The position numbers and the translations under genes are program-made. The notes under the pieces were generated by a model. That model did no database searches. It was not told the DNA's origin and worked only from the letters and a program-made list of their open reading frames with translations. A stretch of DNA of 64,000 bases from an uncultured Ignavibacteria bacterium. GTDB taxonomy: Bacteria > Zixibacteria > MSB-5A5 > CAIYYT01. The stretch covers positions 138,401 through 202,400 of the forward strand of contig CAZOYE010000001.1 in assembly GCA_964584025.1 (NCBI GenBank). Direction: 5' to 3'. This document shows, piece by piece, positions 53,986 through 63,100 of the stretch; position 1 is the stretch's first letter; each line of letters begins with the position of its first letter.

Positions 53986-56462
53986 GCAGAACGATGATCA
54001 AGTTTCTTGCGGTCTTTTTCGCACTGATGGCAGCTGCCGTTTCCGCGCTCACCCTCGACAGTGACCAAGCGCTGCAAGACAAAGGTCGCAGCTTCGCCAC
54101 CTCGCTCGACGGCACATCACAATTGCATCATCTCGTGGCGCTCTTGCAGAGGAGCATCCAGCAGGCCGATATTGACCTGTTGCTGAATCTCTTTGTCACG
54201 GATATTAGCGAAGATCAATCGTCATACTTCTCCTCCGAAGTGGTTGAACCGCTAATCGAGCGGCTTGGCTACAGCCCCGGACCGCCGCAAGGCTGGAGAC
54301 AAACTGATTTTTCCGACTTTTGTCTCTATGTTGATTCAGTTTCCGTGGTGGACAAGGCAGGAACACTTCGAGTCAACTGCTCGTGGAATTCTGGCGACAA
54401 CAGGAATGCGTTCAATCTCGCTGTGTCCTGCACGGGATTTCGCTGGCACCTGTCTTCGCTCGCTGACGTGCTGACCTTGATCGACAGTTACAGCCAGTCT
54501 GGAAGCGACGGGCGTGCGATTGCCGAAGAAGGTGGCGTACGCAAGTCCAGTCAAATCGCAATTGCTGAAGCAAATCAATCCGATCTGATGCTGAACCAGG
54601 TGAGTTTTTGGCAGACTCCGTCTGTGCCTCGCGTCACGCGCCACGCTTCTCGTACCAGAGTCCAGCAAGGTGTCGATATGTTTGGCTGTGCAACCAGTGT
54701 CAGCACGTATATCAACATTCATTCTCCCGACTTCACGCATGACCTGATGGCGGTTACTGACGAATGTTGGCGCAGGCTGATCGTCATGGACGACGCCTCT
54801 GAATACATGGTAGGCGTCGGCCGACGCGGTTCGAGTAGCACTCTTCACGACTTCGCAGCACCTCAGGGCCTTGAATTTATGGGGTCCGGTTTTCTCTATG
54901 TCACCGAGGACTATAACAACAGAATCAAGGTCATCTCGTTGAACGCTGCGGGTAACGACAAGCTATATCTATTCAAGATCATCAGCCTCCCTGAACTCAA
55001 TCGTCCGATGGATCTCGACGTCACGCTGCCTGGTGTCGGTGGTGAACGCTTGATTTGCGTCGCCAACTCGGGTGGAAACAACATCCTAATCCTTGAAGAC
55101 CGCGAGCCCGGTAACGGCCATGTCGAAGCGGTGCTGAGTTCTAGTTCTGGGTCGGTAGGCGCGTTCGTCGCACCGACGTCGGTGGCATTTGGTCGCGATC
55201 CATTGACCGGCGAGAAAAACAGCTCGGTTTTCTTTATCGATTCCGGCGGCAAGCGCATCGTCAAGAAACCCTATTGGGATGCGGCCACCCCCTGCATAGC
55301 CTTCACCGACTTCACAGACCCACACACTAACGTGTCATCCATCGGTGTCGATAACAAGGGCGAGGTTTGGGTGACCGACAAAGGACTCGGCAAGATATAT
55401 AAGTTCACGAGCCAACTTGTGCCGATCGCGCAACATGGGTACGCTGGCTCTGAGATAGGCGAGTATCAGCATCCGACTTCTATCTCGTTTACTCAGGGCT
55501 GGGACCAGTGGAATGGCCAGCCGCTTTCCAACCTTGGCGAAGTCGTACTCACCGAGGATTGGGCGGATTCGACCGGCATCCGCCGCCTCGTTCCGGGCAC
55601 GGAAATTTTCGACGAGTCGATCATCTTCCGCCCGCGCACGGTGGGCGGGCAGCCGGCGGTCGTTCATGGCGAGTACTTCATTTCCGGTTATTCAAACATC
55701 ACCGAGGAATTGTTGTCGCCTTCCGGCGTGGTCTTGGAAACCCATCAGCGCTTGATGTCGCCCTCCGGCCCGCAGACTTACTGGTTCAATGTCAATCCTG
55801 CCTGGCCGCTCGGAACCTATCAGGTGCGGATCACTGTCGCTTCGATCTATACCAACTCCAATACCGATCTGACGACGTTGTCGGTCGTGGTCGACAACTC
55901 GATCATGAATCAGCCGCCGGTCGTGACCAACATCTGGTTTCCCGATGGTGATACCTGCTTCGTTTTCTATGTGTCCAAATGGGTGCGCGTCGGCGCCTAT
56001 GATCCTGATGGCGAAGTCGTCGGTTTTACTGCCTCAGTGTCTCATCCGGGACTGGGCGAGGTGCTTGAGGTTCGAGGAGATTCTATTAGTGTTGTTTCTC
56101 AGCACAGCAGCGTCGGTGTACCGTTCGCGACATGGACGTTCTTGCGCGTTCAGGCAATTGACAACCAAGATGCAGCTTCTGCAGTCTACTCGTTGAATTG
56201 CTCGGAGATCACTCAGTACACCGCAGGCCAATGCCCCTGCACCTGGCAGGTCGGTGATCCCGACTTCAACCATATCGTGAATATCAGTGACGCTGTCTAC
56301 CTGATAACATATGTCTTCGGCGGCGGCCCGGCCCCGCGGCCAGTGCAAATGGCGGGCGATGCCGACTGCAATGGCATCATTACGAATTCCGATGCCGTGT
56401 TTCTGATTACGTTTCTCTTCGGCGGCGGCCCGGCTCCGCAATGCGATTGCTACGCCTACTGA
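53982..56462 (+). CDS. Secreted NHL-repeat beta-propeller protein with Ig-like region and C-terminal twin dockerin-like module
   Basis: ORF track; GTG 53982 overlaps the upstream TGA as GTGA. The signal peptide is MIKFLAVFFALMAAAVSALT. NHL-like blades are YVTEDYNNRIKVISL, ICVANSGGNNILILED, VFFIDSGGKRIVKK and VWVTDKGLGKIYKF. The tag is at the C-terminus. Confidence 0.8.
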   Translation: MSRTMIKFLAVFFALMAAAVSALTLDSDQALQDKGRSFATSLDGTSQLHHLVALLQRSIQQADIDLLLNLFVTDISEDQSSYFSSEVVEPLIERLGYSPGPPQGWRQTDFSDFCLYVDSVSVVDKAGTLRVNCSWNSGDNRNAFNLAVSCTGFRWHLSSLADVLTLIDSYSQSGSDGRAIAEEGGVRKSSQIAIAEANQSDLMLNQVSFWQTPSVPRVTRHASRTRVQQGVDMFGCATSVSTYINIHSPDFTHDLMAVTDECWRRLIVMDDASEYMVGVGRRGSSSTLHDFAAPQGLEFMGSGFLYVTEDYNNRIKVISLNAAGNDKLYLFKIISLPELNRPMDLDVTLPGVGGERLICVANSGGNNILILEDREPGNGHVEAVLSSSSGSVGAFVAPTSVAFGRDPLTGEKNSSVFFIDSGGKRIVKKPYWDAATPCIAFTDFTDPHTNVSSIGVDNKGEVWVTDKGLGKIYKFTSQLVPIAQHGYAGSEIGEYQHPTSISFTQGWDQWNGQPLSNLGEVVLTEDWADSTGIRRLVPGTEIFDESIIFRPRTVGGQPAVVHGEYFISGYSNITEELLSPSGVVLETHQRLMSPSGPQTYWFNVNPAWPLGTYQVRITVASIYTNSNTDLTTLSVVVDNSIMNQPPVVTNIWFPDGDTCFVFYVSKWVRVGAYDPDGEVVGFTASVSHPGLGEVLEVRGDSISVVSQHSSVGVPFATWTFLRVQAIDNQDAASAVYSLNCSEITQYTAGQCPCTWQVGDPDFNHIVNISDAVYLITYVFGGGPAPRPVQMAGDADCNGIITNSDAVFLITFLFGGGPAPQCDCYAY

Positions 56463-56656
56463 TGCACTGACTGTCACTCGCACAGGCACAGCAGACTTCT
56501 CCTCGACTGTGACTTCCCGGTCACAGCAGGTCACACATTTAGATTTCAGCGAAAATCTAATCCCCTCAATTTCAGCCACTTAGGTTTTGGCACACGCTTT
56601 GACTCTTCTTTCCGGCAGAAAGTACAGAAACCGGAGACATCGGAAGGAGAGCCAAT

Positions 56657-57817
56657 ATGCTCAACAAAATCAAATTCGCAGCCGGGCTTGCCGCCCTCAC
56701 CACGCTGGTGGCCCTGATCTTAGTGTTCAGCCTCAAGAAGAAGGACACGCTTGAACCGCAACAGAACACGCTTCATGAAGACTTCATCCCGCAGGTTGAA
56801 CTCGCTAATTCCGTCGCCGACGAGCCGGAGGATGGACGCTTTGCGCCGGAAGATCATCCGCTTCCCGAGCAGACGCCGTATGACGAATTGACCGACCAGC
56901 CGCAACTTTCGATCGGCGAGGGATTGTCGGTCGAAGATATCGCGCTGCTCGATTCGCTTGATTTCGGCAATGTCCGCGACGTGGCGCTTGATGACGAACG
57001 CGCGTTGATGGCGACTGCCGGCGGCGTGCTGGAGTATTACCTCAGCGACTCGTCATTCACGCTTTACAGCTATCCGCACGAGCTGGTCAACCACGACTGC
57101 TATGCGGTGCACGCCTTCGACAACAACATTCTCGTCGGCACCGAGCGCGGTGTGTACCTGATCAATGCGATCGGCCTGGTCACGCGCGTGTGGGAAGAGA
57201 TCGACGACACCGTGACCGTGATCAAGAATTTCGACGGTTGTTTCTATGTCGGCACGCGCAACGAGGGGCTATTCGAAGTCAACGGCGAGCTTGTGGGCAA
57301 TATTCTTCCCGACAAGCAGATCGTCGATGTGTCGTCCGATCAGTTTGCGCTGTGGGTGGCGACTGCGGAAGACGGACTGCTCTACTTCGACGATAACGGC
57401 TGGCACGAACGCTATCTCATCACCAATCGCGAGGCGTTCGCGCATGTAACCGCGCTGGAATCGGCGTTCGGCAAGTTGTTCGTCGGCACAACGACGGGGC
57501 TGTTCATCTACAACGGCCACAACTGGCAGCATCTCGACGGCAGCGATTACCTCTTCCAGGAGCACGTCACTGCTCTGGCGGCGGGCAAGAGCTACATGTA
57601 TATCGGCACAGCAAAGGAGGGCGTCTTCGCCTACTACGAGGGCTGGATTTCGCCGCTCGACTGGAGCGATGATCTGGAAGTGACCTCCCTCGATGTCAAA
57701 GGGGGCAAGTATCTCGTGGGGCGCAGTCAAAGGGGTGCCATTTTGGCAGACCGCAAAGGGGAGCTGGAACTCCTCCCGCTGATCAAGCAGACCATGGCCA
57801 TGCTCAGCAGCTTGTAA
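56657..57817 (+). CDS. Membrane-anchored protein with two-component-regulator-propeller-like (Reg_prop) beta-propeller repeats
   Basis: ORF track; GGAAGGAG lies upstream. The N-terminal anchor is AAGLAALTTLVALILVFSL, followed by an acidic linker. Repeated blades read ILVGTERGVYLIN, FYVGTRNEGLFEVNG, LWVATAEDGLLYFDDNGW, LFVGTTTGLFIYNGHNW and MYIGTAKEGVFAYYEGW. Confidence 0.7.
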   Translation: MLNKIKFAAGLAALTTLVALILVFSLKKKDTLEPQQNTLHEDFIPQVELANSVADEPEDGRFAPEDHPLPEQTPYDELTDQPQLSIGEGLSVEDIALLDSLDFGNVRDVALDDERALMATAGGVLEYYLSDSSFTLYSYPHELVNHDCYAVHAFDNNILVGTERGVYLINAIGLVTRVWEEIDDTVTVIKNFDGCFYVGTRNEGLFEVNGELVGNILPDKQIVDVSSDQFALWVATAEDGLLYFDDNGWHERYLITNREAFAHVTALESAFGKLFVGTTTGLFIYNGHNWQHLDGSDYLFQEHVTALAAGKSYMYIGTAKEGVFAYYEGWISPLDWSDDLEVTSLDVKGGKYLVGRSQRGAILADRKGELELLPLIKQTMAMLSSL

Positions 57818-57841
57818 GCAATCACGCTTGATTGGCGCAGA

Positions 57842-57878
57842 AGAAACCCGGGCCGAAACGGCCCGGGTTTCTTGTTTG
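57842..57878 (+). terminator. Strong rho-independent terminator ending the 51.9-57.8 kb operon
   Basis: The 13-bp perfect stem agaaacccgggcc / ggcccgggtttct has a 5-nt loop and is followed by tgtttg. It starts 25 nt after the stop. Confidence 0.7.
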
Positions 57879-57890
57879 ACGATGTATTTC

Positions 57891-58061
57891 GTAGGTCGGG
57901 TTCCGAATTCCGCGCGAGAGATTTCTGGGATGAGATGTTCAGGAATCCGCGGAATGAGAAGCCCGACGTTTTCTTGGTCATGTATAGGAGGGTGTCGGGT
58001 TTCTCGCTGCTGTGAGTCTTCTCAAGAACGAAGTGACAGCAGCACTCGGAACCCGACCTAC
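57891..58061. repeat. 171-bp element bounded by perfect 16-bp terminal inverted repeats (MITE-like)
   Basis: gtaggtcgggttccga at 57891-57906 is the exact reverse complement of tcggaacccgacctac at 58046-58061, enclosing 139 bp with no credible ORF. Confidence 0.45.
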
Positions 58062-58102
58062 AAAAGGCACGTCAGGATCGCTACGGATCCTGACCTACAA
58101 AA

Positions 58103-58561
58103 TCACAGTGCCTTCTTCAAGATCGCGATCTGTCCGGCGTGATAGAGGTTGTGCTGGATGACGCCGTGGATCAGGAAATAGAGGTTGTAGTCGCGGCCGG
58201 GAACGGGTGCCAGAAGTCTCTGGTCGTCGAGGGCGGCGACGGCATCGCGGAGTTGCTCGTAAGCGTCGCGCAAGCTGCGGACGGCTTTTTCCCAGGCGGA
58301 CTTGCTCGTATCCGAGACCGGCGGCCAATCCTGCTCGTCCGAGAGTTCGACGGCCTTGCCGCCGATGCGTGTCCTGACGGCGCCTTGCCACGCGGCGATG
58401 TGCAACGTGAGTTCCCAGATAGAGTGGGCGTGATAGATCGGTCGTGCCGCCGCTGATTTGGCATCGACGCCGGCCAGCAATTCCATAACCGCCGGGCCGT
58501 GCCAAGCCTCACCGAACATCGAACGATGCAACTGATCGACGATGCGATTGACTTCGCTCAT
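58103..58561 (-). CDS. DinB-family (DinB_2, four-helix-bundle metal-binding) protein
   Basis: ORF track. The sequence IVDQLHRSMFGEAWHGP...SIWELTLHIAAWQ...FLIHGVIQHNLYHAGQIAILKK carries the typical His triad. Confidence 0.85.
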   Translation of the reverse strand: MSEVNRIVDQLHRSMFGEAWHGPAVMELLAGVDAKSAAARPIYHAHSIWELTLHIAAWQGAVRTRIGGKAVELSDEQDWPPVSDTSKSAWEKAVRSLRDAYEQLRDAVAALDDQRLLAPVPGRDYNLYFLIHGVIQHNLYHAGQIAILKKAL

Positions 58562-58648
58562 TGTGGCTCCTTGAGATATGATTAGTACACAGAGTGTACG
58601 AGTTTGCCGGAAGGAGGGAAATCACATTTTACGGTGTCAAGGCGAACC

Positions 58649-58675
58649 TGGATTCCCGCCTGCGCGGGAATGACG
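58649..58675. repeat. REP-like palindromic unit (copy 3 of 3)
   Basis: The unit reads CTGGATTCCCGCCTGCGCGGGAATGAC; see 8799-8828. Confidence 0.6.
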
Positions 58676-58742
58676 GCCCCATTCAGGTTGTAGGTCAGGA
58701 TCCCTGCGATCCTGACGCGAAGCCAATCAAGATCTGAAAAAC

Positions 58743-58799
58743 GTCAGGATCGCAGGGATCCTGACCTACAGGTTTGCGGTGCGTATGGCAGAAGGCAGT
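58743..58799. repeat. 57-nt direct repeat, copy A (palindrome gtcaggatc-gcag-ggatcctgac + ctac + ggtttgcggtgcgt.tggcagaaggcagt)
   Basis: It matches copy B (58878-58934) at 55 of 57 positions. The 27-nt palindromic head also occurs inverted at 58690-58716 and as a variant at 58071-58098. Confidence 0.85.
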
Positions 58800-58877
58800 A
58801 TCAGCAGCGGCAGGTCTCCAGCAGGGATGTTAGCAAGACAAGCCTGTATTCGATCAGAGACCTGCCCTACTATTGTT

Positions 58878-58934
58878 GTCAGGATCGCAGGGATCCTGAC
58901 CTACGGGTTTGCGGTGCGTTTGGCAGAAGGCAGT
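58878..58934. repeat. 57-nt direct repeat, copy B; its distal part encodes the last ~11 codons of the EamA gene
   Basis: See copy A. The EamA-family CDS ends at 58901 inside this copy (…AELPSAKRTANP*). Confidence 0.85.
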
Positions 58935-59824
58935 TCGGCAATAATCATGGCGGCAAAGATCAGCAGGCCGCCAAGTGCGCTGCGAAGAATGAATGTCTCG
59001 CCGCCGAGAGTCCAGGCGAAAATCGCCGCGAACACCGGTTCGAGCGTGAAGATCAGACTGACGCGAAAGGGCGAGGTCATTTTCTGCGCGTAGAGCTGGA
59101 TCACGAATGCGCTGATTGTCGGGAAGAGCGTCAGAAAGATGATCGTCCACCAGGCAGAGGGACTGGTAACCTCGAGCGGGAGGTCGAGTATGACCGCGGT
59201 CACGAAACTCAAGATGCCGACGAAAATGAACTGCTGACAACTGATGACCATCGGATCGCGACCGGCCTTGATGTACTTGTCGCAATAGAGCAGGTGCAGC
59301 GCGTAGAAGAGGGCGCAGACCAGCGTGATCAGATCGCCGAAATTCATGCCGTGGATACCGCCGGTGAGAAACCAGAGGCCGACGACGCTGAGCGCAATCG
59401 CGAGATACTCCCAGCGTGACGGGAATTTCCGAAATAAGAAATAAGCCAGAAGCGGCACGAAGACAACGAACAAGCCGGTAATAAATCCAGAGTTCGCGGC
59501 GGTGGTGTATTTCAGCCCGATGGTTTGCGGCACGTACAGCAGCCAAAGAATGATTCCGAGAATGATGCCGTCGCGCAGACCCGTCAGCAGCGATTCGCGC
59601 CGCAGGAGCAAATAGACGGCCAGAAGAATCCCAGCGATCAGGAAGCGATAACCTACCAGCACGACGGGATCGACGGCGGCGATAACATCCTTGACGATGA
59701 AGAACGTCGCGCCCCAGATGGCAGCGGCGTACAGCAGGCCAGTTTCGGCGAGCAGGCGCGATTTGCGGGAGGCGGGAAAAGTGTTCACGCAGTTATGAAT
59801 GAGGAACTCCGGCTGATTTGGCAA
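58901..59824 (-). CDS. EamA/DMT-superfamily transporter (10 TM)
   Basis: ORF track. There are two EamA halves, the first reading LLYAAAIWGATFFIVKDVIAAVDPVVLVGYRFLIAGILL, and the protein is hydrophobic throughout. Confidence 0.85.
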   Translation of the reverse strand: MPNQPEFLIHNCVNTFPASRKSRLLAETGLLYAAAIWGATFFIVKDVIAAVDPVVLVGYRFLIAGILLAVYLLLRRESLLTGLRDGIILGIILWLLYVPQTIGLKYTTAANSGFITGLFVVFVPLLAYFLFRKFPSRWEYLAIALSVVGLWFLTGGIHGMNFGDLITLVCALFYALHLLYCDKYIKAGRDPMVISCQQFIFVGILSFVTAVILDLPLEVTSPSAWWTIIFLTLFPTISAFVIQLYAQKMTSPFRVSLIFTLEPVFAAIFAWTLGGETFILRSALGGLLIFAAMIIAELPSAKRTANP

Positions 59825-59930
59825 GGCCGACTTCAGGCCGTAACCAGGCGCAAAAACGCGGCGGCAAATTTCTTGACAGAGAAGACGATATTGATATATT
59901 GACGCGCAACATTTTGCGTTGTGATTAGAC

Positions 59931-60003
59931 TCCCCGGTAGCTCAGTCGGTAGAGCAGCTGACTGTTAATCAGCGGGTCGCTGGTTCGAGCCCGGCCCGGG
60001 GAG
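59931..60003 (+). tRNA. trnN: tRNA-Asn (anticodon GTT), CCA not encoded
   Basis: Folded by hand. The acceptor stem is tccccgg/ccgggga, the D-arm gctc-agtcggta-gagc, and the anticodon arm gctga-ctGTTaa-tcagc. The variable loop is gggtc, the T-arm is gctgg-ttcgagc-ccggc, and the discriminator is g. Confidence 0.9.
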
Positions 60004-60182
60004 CTTTTTATTGGCAAAGGCGGGGAGAGGGCGAGAGTTGCGGAGTCGGGCCAACGAATCTCGACTTGACAAATCCACAAAATCTACTAATTTTTCGGCC
60101 AGCAGGATTATCTGCCGCCCCATCCAGCCGATTCAGACAATACGGTCGATCCAGCGACGAAAACGAGTACGGAGGAAGAAAC

Positions 60183-63100
60183 GTGTTCCGCGAAACTCTC
60201 CACCGGGCATTTCCGAGACTGCAGGCTCTCGCAGTTATCGCGCTGCTCGCGATTACAACTGCGGCAGGTCGCGCGATCGACGAGCTCCCGGCGGCGTCAG
60301 ACGACTTCGAGCTTCCCGAAGGCACTCGACTGGAGATTCGTGACCCGGGGACCGGGGTTACATTACGGGAGTATCAAAGCGGTGTTACTGGGGCGCAGCA
60401 GGACGCGCGAGAGTCGCAAGCCCATCGATGGTGGACACGAGAGGCGATCGTCGCCGCCAGAGTGCGCCGTGCCGAGCGTCACGAGTATTTCTTGCAGACG
60501 ACTGCCCGGCTGCAACGCGGTCTGGCGACGCAGGAAGTCTACGACCGGCTTCGGCGCGACAGCGAGCATCTCCTAAAGCGCTCGCCGCAGACTGTTTTCA
60601 CGGTGACTGAAAGCGGCGACATGCCGGACACGAACTTGCTTGACGGCTTGCACAGCCCGGCGACACTAAGGTCGGCGGTTCAAAACGCGAACCTGACGCC
60701 GGAGGTTGACGAAATTCAGTTTGCCGTGTCGAGTGTACTGATCTCGAGCCTTTACGGGGCGATTGTCGCAAACACACCCGTGATGATCGACGGCGATCTG
60801 GGAGGCGGCGCCAAGGCTGAGATAATCGGCGAAGTCGTTGGTTCGATGCCGACCGGGCTGTGGTTCCAGAACGGCGGGTCGGTGATTCGCAACCTCGAGA
60901 TGCACAGCGGCAACAACTCGGCGATCGCGCTACTGGCGAACGGGGGCAACGCCAACGTGGTCCAGGGCTGCGAGATTCACAACTGGGAAGGTCCGGGTAT
61001 CAACTTCAATTTCTCCAGCAACAATCTCATTGGCGGTCTTGGCTTGGGAGAGGGCAACACTATTTTCAACCTCACCGGCACCGGCGGCAACGGCATCTCG
61101 ATGATCCTGACGAGCAATAACAACGTAATCGTCGGCAACTACATCGGCACCTCCGACGGAACGACGGCGGCTCCTAACAGCCGTAGCGGGGTCTTCAGTG
61201 AGTCGTCTTTCAATCGGATCGCGAACAACCTCGTCTCGGGAAACGACTGGTATGGAGTTTACCAGTCCTATGGCTCGGATACGGCGCGCGCCAATGTGGT
61301 TGAATTGAACTTGATTGGAACGACAGACAACGGCCTGGGTGCGCTGGGCAACGGCGGGACGAGCGGCTACGGCGGAGTTCAGTCCTCGTTTCGCAATTCC
61401 CAAGATACGGTACGCAACAATGTTTGCAGCGGAAACAGCGGTTACGGGATCGGTACGGGTTCGGTCGAAGTCGTGATCGAAGACAACATCGTCGGACTGG
61501 ACATTGACGGTACGGCTGCCCTGCCCAACGGTTACGGAGGGATCTCACACAGCCGCAGCGGCGTGATTCGCCGCAATCTGGTGGCAGGAAACACGGGAGC
61601 TGGCATCGCCCTCGGGGGCAATTGCCGGGTGATCGGCAACGTCATCGGAGCCGACGACCCGGCCAAGTCGACGGTCGGCAACTCGGGCGTTGGGGTGAAT
61701 GCAAGCGGCAACGGGGCGACGATCGGCGGGCCGGAGCCGGGCGAGCGCAATATCGTGAGCGGCAATCTGGGCGGGGGTATTCGAATCGTCGGCGCGACGG
61801 TCAAGAATGTGGTCGTTCAAGACAATTTCGTCGGAGTAGATTCGCTCGGAAACAGCGCCATCCCGAACGGAGGCTTCGGTATCGGCATAATCAATGGCCC
61901 CGATTCCAATCGCATCGCCCGCAACGTAGTGGCGGGCAACGCCGGGCACGGAATCCAAGTCGGGGGATTCGCCAACGCGACGACAACCTTTTGGGCCGAA
62001 GGAAACCTCGTGTACGCGAATCTCGTTGGCGTCGGCGCCGACGGTACCACAGCGCTGGGTAATGGCGGACACGGAATCAACAGCTTCCTGAGCCGCGGAA
62101 ATGAGATCGGTCGGGCCGACTCCGGAAATGTGATTGTAGCAAGTGACTCCAGCGGCATCGTCCTCTGGAATGCCCGGCAGAATTTCATTTATGGCAACCA
62201 CGTGGGGACGCTTGTCGCAGGCGTGGCCGGATACGGTAATGCCGGGCACGGGCTCCTGTTCGTCGACGCCGACCAGAATGACCTCGGCGGCGTGGCGACA
62301 CTGCGCAATGTGATTGTCGATAACGACTCGTGCGGATTGGCGATGTACTCGAGCGCCGCGAATGTCCTGGTCGGCAATCTTGTCGGCGTCAATGAAGCGC
62401 TGGAAGCTCGCGGCAATGGCTTGCAAGGAATATTGTTGGTCGACTCCGACAGCAATGCTATCGGTGGATCGGGATCGGTTGCGGGAAACAGCATCGCCGG
62501 TCACGACTCGGCCGGAATCGCCCTTTACGGGACATCCAGAGAAAACACGATTGTCGCGAACTCCATCGGTGTCGTAGCCGACACGTTACAGCCCCCGCTC
62601 GGCAACCGGATTGGCATCCTGATCGAAGGTGGCAAGCTTAACCACGTCGGCACCGAAGCCGCGGAGATTCAGAACGTCATCGTGGGGAATCTCGAAGCCG
62701 GTGTCTTGATTGCTGCAGACTCCAATTTCGCCCGCAACAACTACATCGCGCTCACGATCGATGACGGCACAGATCCGAACGGGGCGGGCGATGGAATCTT
62801 GATCGCCGGATTTGACAACCGGATCGGCGGAGCTTATCCCGAAGCCACTAATACGATCATCAATAACACGGGTACCGGTATCTGGGTGGAGTACGGCGAG
62901 GGCAATACGATCCGCGGTAACCTGATCCATGACAACGGTCGGCTCGGCATCGACTTGATTCCCAGCCCCGGTGTCACGAAGAACGATTCGGGCGATGTAG
63001 ATACCGGCGCCAACGAGCTCCAGAATTTCCCGATCATCGATTCTGCCAGGGTCTTTAACCAGCAGACGACGGTCTTTGGCCACGTCGAATCCACCGACGA

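Noticed and set aside
56588-56603. A sigma-54-like promoter, TGGCAC-acgct-TTGAC, lies 55 nt upstream of gene 56657..57817. An NtrC-type activator is encoded at 31927..33288.
   Set aside because: The -12 element reads TTGA rather than TTGC. The highly conserved GC dinucleotide is therefore missing, and no upstream activator-binding repeats were seen. I kept it only as a weak possibility.
58071-58934. I checked whether the recurring 27-nt palindromes form a CRISPR array.
   Set aside because: The copies are in mixed orientation, their spacing is irregular (from about 27 to about 590 bp), a real gene (dinB family) lies between them, and there are no cas genes in the window.
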